Shown piece after piece: positions 32,841 to 44,859 of a DNA stretch of 64,000 nt; position 1 is the stretch's first letter, and every line of letters starts with the position of its first letter. Source of the stretch: Methanothermococcus sp. Ax23 (GTDB lineage: Archaea; AGJL01; Methanococci; Methanococcales; Methanococcaceae). The notes under the pieces were generated by a model. It searched no databases and was not told the origin of the DNA. It saw only the letters and a list, made by a program, of their open reading frames with translations. A program made the position numbers and the translations under genes. The stretch is taken from positions 416,001 to 480,000 of the forward strand of contig NZ_CP157522.1 of assembly GCF_049075655.1 (NCBI RefSeq). Direction: 5' to 3'.

Positions 32841-34253
32841 TTACTCACCTTCTTCTTTTAAGTATATAGCATTTAGTCCGATAATTTTTGCCAGTTCATA
32901 GGCCTTTTTATCATGAAGAATGATAATATTTCCTCCTCCGTATTGAAGTCCAATTGCAATAGCCTTCGCTGAATTAAGTGGAATGTCAAATACTTCATGA
33001 ATTTCCTTAAAAAGTTCGTACTCTGGTTCCACATAAGTTATATTTTCGCCCCCAATTTTCCTCAAACCAATATTATATGGAATATATAATCCATTATTTA
33101 GCATTTTTAAATTTATATTTTGAATAATATCTTTGTCCATTATAATTCTTGAATTAAATTTCGAGATTAATATTATTGTAAATATCAAAATGCCTACAAC
33201 AATATCTGGGAATGCCAATGTGGCATATTTTTTGGGTTTAATTAATTCTTCAACATCTGCCACAGTATCAACATTTTCTGGCAAGATTACCCTATATAAT
33301 TTATTATTTGGCATTTTGACTTTTGCAATACCTATTACGTACCCTTGATTTTCATTAACACAAGGCTTTATTGAGATATTAGTAGTATCATTTGCCCAGG
33401 CTACGAATTTAGCATGAAAATTTCCTATTGTGATTACTTTTGAGGTATTCCTATTCAGTGCAGAACATAATTTGTAAAAATCAGGTTTTTCTTTAAAATG
33501 TATATTATATTCATCATGCCATTCTTCTTCCGGAAGCAAAATGATAGAAACATTTTTACGATAGGATGCGTTTTTAATATCACCAAGCCATACATTCCCA
33601 TATATGTGTAGTGGAAATTTTTTATTATTTTTAATACTAAAATTCATATTATATGAAATACCATTTTGGTTTTTGTTATTCGAGACTCCACCCCTATATA
33701 TCATCGATGCCCATATAGGAAGTGCATAGTAATACTTTATTTTTATTTTTTGAGGTATGGTAAATGAAATATAACTATCTCCAAAGTAAATATCACTTAA
33801 ATTAGAATATTTAAATAATTCTATGGTTTTTTCTGAATTACCAGGGATTAATATTTTCGATTCATTTAAAGAATATCCTCCTGGGAATAACACGTGGAAT
33901 ACGATATCATAATTATAATTATTTTTAATTGTGTATTTTATTACCCATTTGCCTTCTTTTTCCCGTTCTTTTTCCACATATACTGAAATATTAAATTTAT
34001 TTGGGTATAAATTTATGTCTATATTTTTAGAATGTATTGTATTCACAGTTCCATTTTTATCCCCATATTCAAAATATATTTGATCAATATCGGGTCCATC
34101 AATAATGATTTTTAATCTTGACAGTTCAACGGACTGAGAGCCATCTGGATAAAATACTGCATCCCTATATTCGTACATCTCAATTCCACATACCATATTC
34201 AAGATATACAGTATAATTAGTACTAAAATCAATAATATCTTAAATATTTCCAT
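32841..34253 (-). CDS. bitopic protein: signal peptide, extracellular beta-rich region, TM, cytoplasmic PIN-like tail
   Basis: Signal ending VCG; TM AFPDIVVGILIFTIILIS; tail IIMDKD..SAKAIAIG..IILHDKKAYELAKIIGL. Confidence 0.6.
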   Translation of the reverse strand: MEIFKILLILVLIILYILNMVCGIEMYEYRDAVFYPDGSQSVELSRLKIIIDGPDIDQIYFEYGDKNGTVNTIHSKNIDINLYPNKFNISVYVEKEREKEGKWVIKYTIKNNYNYDIVFHVLFPGGYSLNESKILIPGNSEKTIELFKYSNLSDIYFGDSYISFTIPQKIKIKYYYALPIWASMIYRGGVSNNKNQNGISYNMNFSIKNNKKFPLHIYGNVWLGDIKNASYRKNVSIILLPEEEWHDEYNIHFKEKPDFYKLCSALNRNTSKVITIGNFHAKFVAWANDTTNISIKPCVNENQGYVIGIAKVKMPNNKLYRVILPENVDTVADVEELIKPKKYATLAFPDIVVGILIFTIILISKFNSRIIMDKDIIQNINLKMLNNGLYIPYNIGLRKIGGENITYVEPEYELFKEIHEVFDIPLNSAKAIAIGLQYGGGNIIILHDKKAYELAKIIGLNAIYLKEEGE

Positions 34254-34439
34254 AATATCACAATTTAAAATAAATGTGTGCTTCTATGGACACATCAATA
34301 CAATTGAAAGCCTCAAAAATAGCATTATATATTTCTATATATATTTATTATAGAACATTTTTCGGACATTTTTTTAGAAATGCCATATCCTAACATATAA
34401 ATTTAAATTAATTCGAACTGGCATTTAAAAAAGAAAAAA

Positions 34440-35040
34440 TATTAGTTAATTAGTAGTTATTTTTTATCTTTCCCTTTGGTTTTTCTTCTCAATACAAATC
34501 CAGTTCCTATTACACTACTTGCAAGTGCAAATAGCGGCTCAAAGTTGTTAGATACAGCCCCTCCTGCTAATACAGTTTTTGGAGAGGTTGATGGCACCAA
34601 TGAATGCCGAGGGTCGATACCGACCAAGAATGCATCTGTTGTTCTGAATGTTCCAGTTCCGTTCAACTTGTAGTGAATTACTACAGTTTGGTTATTATCT
34701 ATTTCAGCGGCGTCACTATAATTTCCATCCCCATCTGCTCCTGGATTCATGTAATTCAATGCCCACAAATAACTTAGTGAGTAATCTCCTGCTGATAATG
34801 ATTTATTTCCTGTATAATTATTGTTGGAATCATTATCTGCATGCTGAGCAAGCATGTCTGACCTATTTACCCACATATTGCTAGCATTGAAGTTTCTAGG
34901 TATTAAATCGTAGGCGTATACATAAGGTGATTTCTCAGCACCTATGTTTTCTACTACAATATATACATCATAGGTTCCATCTGCATTTGGAATTACATGC
35001 TTGGTTGCTTTGATTAAATAGCTTCCTACGACGTAGATTT
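34440..35040. repeat. ~600-bp near-identical duplication, copy 1
   Basis: Matches 38386-38983 apart from one 3-nt indel and one substitution seen by eye; extends past the stop codon. Confidence 0.92.
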
Positions 35041-37210
35041 TCTCAATAACTATGTAATTGTCTTTACCATTATATCCATTAGATACAGTAGTGATATTCT
35101 GGTTTGCTACTGTGAAGGTGCAATTTGCCCATACAACAGGCACATCGTTAAATGTGAAGTTATATGTATTAGTGCTCCAATATTGCCCTGGATTAATAAG
35201 TGTAGATGGTGTGAATGAATAATTACTACCATTAATTAACAAAGCCATGTTAAATGGATCAACAAGTGTAGGATCACTTCCATTTATTGCCCATAGATTC
35301 ATTTTTGTTAAATTAAATGCATAAGTTCTTGCAGTGTTATTAAATGAAGCCTCTTCATGCCATATATTGTATTCACCACTAGATTCATTTTTATAAGGTC
35401 CTTTTTTAGTTGCACTGATTTCCCCCATTCCTGCTGCATAGACTCCATTTATTTTAGTTCCACTCCTTGTGCCCTTAAAGTTATATTTCAAAGTTGCAAA
35501 ACCATAATTAACTAATATCGCATTCCTATTTTTACCCGAAAAATTACCTTGAACTGTGAATCTTAAAAATCCATTATTTGTAGAATTTAATGATATTCCT
35601 GACCAATTCAAAGCATTATTGGAATCCCCACTGAAATATGGTCCATCCCATAACTCTACCAACCCCCGATTTTCGCTATAGGATGAGATATTTAAAAATG
35701 TCCAATTAACATTCCCATGATAATTTGGGTCATTACTTAAATATTTTGTTAAATCCAACGATATTGTAGAGGGCGTGTTATTATTTGTCAAAGTCATATT
35801 TACAGTCCAATTGGATAATCTGTTTGATGGAATCTTAGTTGCATCATATGTTTCATTTATTAAAATTGGACTACCTAATGACTTATCCAAACTAATTTCA
35901 TATTTTACATAGGAATTATTGGGCAACATGGGGATGTGTATATATGTGTTTGCTGAGTTGTCTAATCCTGTGTATGCTGGCGCTGAACTCTCAATGAATA
36001 TATCTTTTGGTGTTCCATCATGAATGAGTCTTAATTCTGAAATATTATTTGATATGTTTATTGCAATCCATACATCACTTAATGTATCTTCGGTGTAATT
36101 TGCAGAGTTATTTATTATTAAGTATCCTGTAATGTTGTGTATGGTGTAATAAGTATTGCCATCACCACTTACATTTGCTGAAACATTGTAATCCTCAAGG
36201 TAAAATACGTTGAGTATGCAATCATATTCAGTGTTAATTACAGTTGCCGTTGGTTCTGATGGAATATAAGGTCTAACCAATATCCAATCCATTTTATATA
36301 TACCAGGGTTTAAAACGGAGATGTGTACCTCAGACCAATCACCTGAATAACCTGGATATGTATTTGACAAAATTGATATATCATTAAAATCCGTGGTTGG
36401 TCTATATATTCCAATATCACCAATTTTTTTATAACCTCCAATGAGATATTCTGAGCTCGTCGTTGGTGGATTGGATCTTCCTCCAGTCATATAGCCAGAT
36501 TGAGAATATATGTTAATATTATTATAGCTGTAATACCAAGCTTCCTTTTTCCAAAATCTCCATTTATATGCATAATAACCTTTATGTAAGGATAGCTGAA
36601 TTCCAGTATCGCTGACATCTACTGGAATTACTGCACTTTCTATTCTAACTTCCTTTGGAAGGTTATTACCTTTTGAAACTAATGAAATTTCATATCCAGT
36701 ACTGTTTATTTCAAGATATCCATTATTTTCAGATATTGTCCCGCTACCTGTTTTATTCCATTTATCCTGCCAATTCCCATCATTAAAATCATCAAAGAAT
36801 AGGAACATACCATTAGGGTTGCTTAGTGAATGCGCAGAAGGATTTCCACTATATATGTATATAGTTTTATTTGAATTAGCTGAAAGATGAGGTATTTTAA
36901 CCCAGATGTTGGCTTTTTTGGAAGATTTATTCCAATACCCAATCCAATACTGTAACTGAGTACTGCCATCTGAATCTATAACCCGTATGTCACTCCCATC
37001 ATTATTGGCATGACTGAAATCAAAGGAGTTATTATCTAACCTTATCAATACAGAATAATTGTTCAAATCCTGTACTGACGTTATATTTACAGTAGCCCTA
37101 TATGGAAATTCAGTATTCCACCAGCTATCTCCCATATCTCCCGCATAATTGGTATTTAGTACAATAACAACCATAAGCGACAGTATTACCAATATAAATT
37201 TCATATTCAT
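34457..37210 (-). CDS. secreted surface protein: DUF2341 N-terminus fused to a paralogue of the 622-aa protein
   Basis: WWNTEFPYR..DGSDIRV..YWI..IWVKIP..IYSGNP (DUF2341); from YLEDYNVSANVSGDG onward it is homologous to 38403-40271. Confidence 0.8.
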   Translation of the reverse strand: MNMKFILVILSLMVVIVLNTNYAGDMGDSWWNTEFPYRATVNITSVQDLNNYSVLIRLDNNSFDFSHANNDGSDIRVIDSDGSTQLQYWIGYWNKSSKKANIWVKIPHLSANSNKTIYIYSGNPSAHSLSNPNGMFLFFDDFNDGNWQDKWNKTGSGTISENNGYLEINSTGYEISLVSKGNNLPKEVRIESAVIPVDVSDTGIQLSLHKGYYAYKWRFWKKEAWYYSYNNINIYSQSGYMTGGRSNPPTTSSEYLIGGYKKIGDIGIYRPTTDFNDISILSNTYPGYSGDWSEVHISVLNPGIYKMDWILVRPYIPSEPTATVINTEYDCILNVFYLEDYNVSANVSGDGNTYYTIHNITGYLIINNSANYTEDTLSDVWIAINISNNISELRLIHDGTPKDIFIESSAPAYTGLDNSANTYIHIPMLPNNSYVKYEISLDKSLGSPILINETYDATKIPSNRLSNWTVNMTLTNNNTPSTISLDLTKYLSNDPNYHGNVNWTFLNISSYSENRGLVELWDGPYFSGDSNNALNWSGISLNSTNNGFLRFTVQGNFSGKNRNAILVNYGFATLKYNFKGTRSGTKINGVYAAGMGEISATKKGPYKNESSGEYNIWHEEASFNNTARTYAFNLTKMNLWAINGSDPTLVDPFNMALLINGSNYSFTPSTLINPGQYWSTNTYNFTFNDVPVVWANCTFTVANQNITTVSNGYNGKDNYIVIEKIYVVGSYLIKATKHVIPNADGTYDVYIVVENIGAEKSPYVYAYDLIPRNFNASNMWVNRSDMLAQHADNDSNNNYTGNKSLSAGDYSLSYLWALNYMNPGADGDGNYSDAAEIDNNQTVVIHYKLNGTGTFRTTDAFLVGIDPRHSLVPSTSPKTVLAGGAVSNNFEPLFALASSVIGTGFVLRRKTKGKDKK

Positions 37211-37441
37211 ATATATCACCAATATTTAACAAAAAATAAAAATAGATCATGTCTAAAATGTAGGTAATTATGTAGGTAGCTATAAATAAATTGCGATCAT
37301 ATATAAATTTTATAGAACATTTTTTAGATATTAAAAATAGGTAAAATAAAAAGAAAAATTAATCAATATTACTAAAAAAATAAATGGAAAATTTAAATAT
37401 TTAAAAAACTCCAATTATGACAATATTTAAATAATATATTT

Positions 37442-38236
37442 TTACATCTTCTTATTATCTTTCTCATCTACTTCCTTATTTTCTTCCTTATCTTTATTAT
37501 CTTTCTCATCTTTTTTGTCGCCCATTCCTTTTATTTCGTAGTATATAAATATTAAAACCAATATCGTTAAGATTGTTAGCCAGAATAATACATACCCGTA
37601 CGTTGGGAGCTCAGGGAACGGCAATATTGAAAATTCTGCATTTACAGTACATAATGTATTTTTTGGAACATATATATTTTTAGTATGGGCCGGTTCCTGA
37701 TAAGTCTCATATTCACTCGATTTAAAATTAATATTGAAATTATCGATATCCATATCACAGCCTATAGGGATGGACACTGTTTTAAATAACAACCCTTTAT
37801 CAACAATATCCTCTGCATCATATTCAATGATTATTGTTATATTGCTCTTTGGGTCGATTGGTTCCCAGATTTCATAATAAATTACACTATAATTATCAAA
37901 ATACTTTACACTAGTATTAATATTAGTCTTATTTCCATTATAATAATAATATCCTTTCAAATTTTTAACTTTGATTGGTTCGTTTGATTCTGTAAATGGA
38001 ATTGGGATTATCCACAATTTCTTTGAAGCTTGCTTTTGAAGTCTAAGTTCTCCAATCCCTAAAACTAATGGGTATTTAACAAGATTTTGAATTGTTATTT
38101 TATTAACTACATGCGATGGATTTGAATCTACACTAACAGTCATGTTGTAATCTGAAATTTTTGTTACGTCCGCATACACCGATTGTGAAATGCCCATTAA
38201 CAATAACAAGACAAGTAGATATTTTATTTTTATCAT
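37442..38236 (-). CDS. secreted Ig-like protein with C-terminal TM and charged tail
   Basis: Signal peptide ending VYA; PFPELPTYGYVLFWLTILTILVLIFIY TM; K/D/E-rich tail. Confidence 0.7.
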   Translation of the reverse strand: MIKIKYLLVLLLLMGISQSVYADVTKISDYNMTVSVDSNPSHVVNKITIQNLVKYPLVLGIGELRLQKQASKKLWIIPIPFTESNEPIKVKNLKGYYYYNGNKTNINTSVKYFDNYSVIYYEIWEPIDPKSNITIIIEYDAEDIVDKGLLFKTVSIPIGCDMDIDNFNINFKSSEYETYQEPAHTKNIYVPKNTLCTVNAEFSILPFPELPTYGYVLFWLTILTILVLIFIYYEIKGMGDKKDEKDNKDKEENKEVDEKDNKKM

Positions 38237-38385
38237 GGTATCACATATATATGAGTTTGTAATAAAACCTGCAAGCTTATAATTCCTTTATTAATCGAGA
38301 TATATTACCAGATATGCTTAAATCATAATACAAAAATTAGCAATACTCCTCTGTTAAAATTCAATTTAAAAAAGAAGAAAAATAT

Positions 38386-38983
38386 TATTAGTTAATTAGT
38401 AGTTATTTTTTATCTTTCCCTTTGGTTTTTCTTCTCAATACAAATCCAGTTCCTATTACACTACTTGCAAGTGCAAATAGCGGCTCAAAGTTGTTAGATA
38501 CAGCCCCTCCTGCTAATACAGTTTTTGGAGAGGTTGATGGCACCAATGAATGCCGAGGGTCGATACCGACCAAGAATGCATCTGTTGTTCTGAATGTTCC
38601 AGTTCCGTTCAACTTGTAGTGAATTACTACAGTTTGGTTATTATCTATTTCAGCGGCGTCACTATAATTTCCATCCCCATCTGCTCCTGGATTCATGTAA
38701 TTCAATGCCCACCAATAACTTAGTGAGTAATCTCCTGATAATGATTTATTTCCTGTATAATTATTGTTGGAATCATTATCTGCATGCTGAGCAAGCATGT
38801 CTGACCTATTTACCCACATATTGCTAGCATTGAAGTTTCTAGGTATTAAATCGTAGGCGTATACATAAGGTGATTTCTCAGCACCTATGTTTTCTACTAC
38901 AATATATACATCATAGGTTCCATCTGCATTTGGAATTACATGCTTGGTTGCTTTGATTAAATAGCTTCCTACGACGTAGATTT
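38386..38983. repeat. ~600-bp near-identical duplication, copy 2
   Basis: See 34440-35040. Confidence 0.92.
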
Positions 38984-40271
38984 CTTCTACAACGATGTAG
39001 GAACTTCCATATTTTGTATCGTAGGTATGAACGGTTCTATTTAATAATGTCATATTTTGGCCTGCAACTGTAAAGGTGCAGTTTGCCCATACAACAGGCA
39101 CATCGTTAAATGTGAAGTTATATGTATTAGTGCTCCAATATTGCCCTGGATTAATAATAGGAAGTGTAGGTGGTGTGAATGAATGATTACTTCCAGCAAT
39201 TAATAGAGAGCTGTTGAATGGATCAACAAGTGTAGGGTCACTTCCATTTATTGCCCATAAATTCATTCTTGTTACATTGAATGCATATTCACTTGCAGTG
39301 TTTTTTATTGTTGCATTTTCATACCATAATGTGTATGTCCCGTCTGTGTTTTTATGAGGACCGTTTTTGACTGCGTTGATTCTTCCCATACCTGTTGCAT
39401 ATATCCCAGATACTTCAGTTCCACTTACAGTTCCACTGTAGCTAAATGTAATCACTGCGAAACCATATTTGAATTTTGTTGGGGTCCTATTTTGGAAAGA
39501 GTTGTTTCCCATTACTTTGAATTCAATTGTTCCAATTTGTGAGCTGTTTAATACCACTCCTGTCCAATTCAATGAATCATTTGCAACCCCTGTGAAGTAT
39601 GGTCCATCCCAGAGTGCTGTAGTACCTTGATTTTTACTGATAACTTCGGATATATTCAATTTATTCCAATATTCACTTCCATAGTTGTTAGAATCATTGC
39701 TTAAATATTTGGTCATATTTACATGAACCACAGTATTTGGATTTGGTAAAGCTGATGTATTCCTACTTATGTTCATGTATATAGTCCAATTAGATTCCTT
39801 TCCTGCTGGAATCTTATCTGCACTATATGCTTCATCCACAAGTATTGGCACTCCAATACCCGGTGCGGATGTATTAATACTAAATGAATACTGTACATAT
39901 GAATTGTTTGGTAGGATTGGTATATGAATATACAAATCTGCACTACTTAACCCGGTGTATGCTGGCGCTGAGCTCTCAATGAATACACCCTTTGGTGTTC
40001 CATCATGAACCAATCTTAATTCAGATATATTGTTAGATACATTTACTGCTACCCATACATCACTCAGAGTATCGGTAATATTCGCTGCTGTGTTGTTAAT
40101 AGTTATATACCCTGTTACATTGTTGATGGAGTAGCTCGTTGAGCCGTCTCCACTAACATTTGCAGATACATTGTATTTTTCTGTGTAATCTACATATAAA
40201 GGGTTTGCAGAAACAGCAGCTATCATCCCGAACACAATCAATAGTCCGAGAACTGTTAGCATTTTTCTCAT
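38403..40271 (-). CDS. secreted Asn/Thr-rich surface glycoprotein (probable major subunit of the locus)
   Basis: Signal peptide ending VSA, many N-x-S/T sequons, beta-rich, LVGIDP motif, weak hydrophobic tail and RRKTKGKDKK; GAGGG RBS. Confidence 0.78.
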   Translation of the reverse strand: MRKMLTVLGLLIVFGMIAAVSANPLYVDYTEKYNVSANVSGDGSTSYSINNVTGYITINNTAANITDTLSDVWVAVNVSNNISELRLVHDGTPKGVFIESSAPAYTGLSSADLYIHIPILPNNSYVQYSFSINTSAPGIGVPILVDEAYSADKIPAGKESNWTIYMNISRNTSALPNPNTVVHVNMTKYLSNDSNNYGSEYWNKLNISEVISKNQGTTALWDGPYFTGVANDSLNWTGVVLNSSQIGTIEFKVMGNNSFQNRTPTKFKYGFAVITFSYSGTVSGTEVSGIYATGMGRINAVKNGPHKNTDGTYTLWYENATIKNTASEYAFNVTRMNLWAINGSDPTLVDPFNSSLLIAGSNHSFTPPTLPIINPGQYWSTNTYNFTFNDVPVVWANCTFTVAGQNMTLLNRTVHTYDTKYGSSYIVVEEIYVVGSYLIKATKHVIPNADGTYDVYIVVENIGAEKSPYVYAYDLIPRNFNASNMWVNRSDMLAQHADNDSNNNYTGNKSLSGDYSLSYWWALNYMNPGADGDGNYSDAAEIDNNQTVVIHYKLNGTGTFRTTDAFLVGIDPRHSLVPSTSPKTVLAGGAVSNNFEPLFALASSVIGTGFVLRRKTKGKDKK

Positions 40272-40455
40272 AATTATCCCTCATATGTTTATTAGTATGT
40301 ATTGTTATGTGTATATGTTTATGTAGGTATTGTAGTTAATATTATATTGTAATAATCCACACGTCTGTGGAATTTGGACACTCTATAAAACTAATTAATA
40401 CTTATTCGCAATATATAATATATTTTACCTTGCATGGATCTTATGGTGGTATTAT

Positions 40456-40728
40456 GGATACTGCATTATATGGGGAATATTGTCGATTTACCGCCTGCTA
40501 TATTGGTTAATACCTCACCATCAGTTATGTCAGAGATACACTAGTACTATCCAAGAGACCCCCTGCCTTGCAATACGAGCTCATCATCTTAGTGTGCAGA
40601 TACTTCTAAGTGCGAGCTCACCTCACATAGTATGAAACATTGGCTTGATAACATTTAATTTACTGGCAGGCACAATGGGCTCCCCCGCCCGGTAAGAATA
40701 CCTCACTGCATTTTTAGCTCAGTATCCC
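40456..40728 (-). ncRNA. candidate structured leader/ncRNA upstream of the surface locus
   Basis: ORF-free GC-rich island; nested pairings GGATACTG/CAGTATCC, TTACCG/CGGTAA, CCTGCC/GGCAGG, GAGCTC/GAGCTC, CTTAG/CTAAG; BRE-TATA-like GAAAATTATATATA near 40795-40782. Confidence 0.55.
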
Positions 40729-40904
40729 AGGTTTAATTATGTATTTTTTAATATTATACGTACAATTCTCTATTTTAATTATATATATAATTTTCTCGGA
40801 CAAAAACCCATTATCAAGTAAAATAAAGCTATAATCGAGATATATACCATTGATTGTAACTACATAACTATCAAAAGCCAAACCGGGTGGCTACCTTAGC
40901 AATT

Positions 40905-42308
40905 TCATGGATTTTGGGAGTCAATATCATAATCATACCTAAATGTCCCCCTAACCTTTACAACATTTTCCTTTATCAATCCACAAAAGATTAATTTTTG
41001 GAGCTCCGATAAAAATTCCGATTCTGATATACCCATCTCCTTTGCAATTGCAAGAAGTTTTCCCCTACCTTTTATAACTCCTTCTTTTTGTATAATATCC
41101 AATATGATGCTCTTTTTATATTTTTTATTTATATATTCAAAAATCATTTCTTTTTTATTCTCTTTAAATTTAGAATTTCCACTTTTAAACTCTTTTAATT
41201 TGTTGTATTGTTCTGGTGGAACATATATTCTAACATCCCATGATTTCATATATGCCCATTTTAAATTTTTTGCAAGTGGTGAAATTTCATCCAACCTGTA
41301 TTTTTTATCATCAATTAAAACTGTAATATTATGCTCATTTATTTTTGGATAGCCAGGAATGTCTAAAAACACAGTAGTTCCCAATTTCTCAGAGAGTTCA
41401 TACTCTAAGTTTTTAATATCTTCTTCATCTAAATTTATCAACAACCACTTTTCTTCAGGGGTTAAATCATCATATCTAAATGTTAAAATATTTTTAAATA
41501 AATGCCTCCTATCAAGCATATTAATTAGTTTATTCCCCTCTCCCTCGGAATTTCTTAATGTGCCAACTAAATCTATATCATCCATCACCGAAAGGTCATT
41601 TAAATTAAACAATTTTTCATTTAATCCATAAATTGTAGCATTTTTTAACATTATTTCAGCTATTCTTGAAGTTGGATGCATATATACCGTAGGATACATC
41701 TGATACCTTGCAATTAATAATGATTCAACAGCAATTATTCCTTTCTCCAAAACTCCCAATTTTGGTCGTATATCTTCAAATAACACCATACATCGCATTA
41801 ACCTTGCATAATCGATTGAGCCATAAGCCACGCCAGTGTGATAACTATCCCTTAGCAGATAATCCATTCTATCTGCATCCACATCCCCACTAAGTAGAGC
41901 TCCCTCAAATCCCTTAGATTGTAGAACATCCAATATTTCATTTGAAGTATAATTTTCAAAATTCATTTTTTTAATCTTTTTTCTTGTAAAATATTCATGG
42001 TTATAACCGCATATTTCAAGAGTGTGTGAAAATGGAGGGTGTCCTATATCGTGAAGCAACGCCGCAATCCTTATTAATCCTGCCTCCACATCTTCTAAAT
42101 TCTTAGAAATTTCTCCCGCAACATGCATTGTTCCTATGGAATGTTCAAATCTCGTATGATTTGCACTTGGATAGACCATGCATGTTAATCCAGTTTGTTT
42201 TATATTCCTCAGCCTTTGAAACTCTGGTGTGTCCATTGTGGCTATTTCATCACTACTGAGAGATATATCTGCATATATCGGATCCCTTATAATTTTTGTT
42301 TCGCTCAT
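40905..42308 (-). CDS. HD-domain phosphohydrolase (SAMHD1/dNTPase-like)
   Basis: IRDPIY, FQRLRNIKQ, HTRFEHSIG, LLHDIGHPPFSH, DADRMDYLLRD. Confidence 0.92.
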   Translation of the reverse strand: MSETKIIRDPIYADISLSSDEIATMDTPEFQRLRNIKQTGLTCMVYPSANHTRFEHSIGTMHVAGEISKNLEDVEAGLIRIAALLHDIGHPPFSHTLEICGYNHEYFTRKKIKKMNFENYTSNEILDVLQSKGFEGALLSGDVDADRMDYLLRDSYHTGVAYGSIDYARLMRCMVLFEDIRPKLGVLEKGIIAVESLLIARYQMYPTVYMHPTSRIAEIMLKNATIYGLNEKLFNLNDLSVMDDIDLVGTLRNSEGEGNKLINMLDRRHLFKNILTFRYDDLTPEEKWLLINLDEEDIKNLEYELSEKLGTTVFLDIPGYPKINEHNITVLIDDKKYRLDEISPLAKNLKWAYMKSWDVRIYVPPEQYNKLKEFKSGNSKFKENKKEMIFEYINKKYKKSIILDIIQKEGVIKGRGKLLAIAKEMGISESEFLSELQKLIFCGLIKENVVKVRGTFRYDYDIDSQNP

Positions 42309-42473
42309 AAAAAATAGTTTGATATACTAATATATAAATTTTTATACTATTTATTCATCTAATTAAACATATAAATTAATTGTAAAACTATAAATGAATG
42401 GTCTAAGAAAATAATAAAAAATAAAAATTAAAAAAAGAATAAATAATTATTAATTAATTTATGTTGATGTTAT

Positions 42474-44702
<2,229 letters not shown>

Positions 44703-44859
44703 TTAATAATTAATCAATATTTAGATAATATTTCTTTATTTGATATAATATATTAATAAATATTATTTTTTTAGATTTATTAATTAATAGTAATATGCCT
44801 TTGAACTTCTATATAAAGTTTTCGGTTTTGTGCAACTAAATACACAACCATATAAAATA

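Noticed and set aside
34440-38983. Duplicated 3' ends as the template/variable repeats of a diversity-generating retroelement
   Set aside because: The differences are a 3-nt indel and a TTG/TGG change, not adenine-specific; both copies are coding; no reverse transcriptase in the window.
40456-40728. SRP RNA or RNase P RNA
   Set aside because: Lacks the SRP helix-8 CAGG..GGAA..AGCA motif and the RNase P GAGGAAGTTC / ACAGAA..GGCT motifs on both strands.
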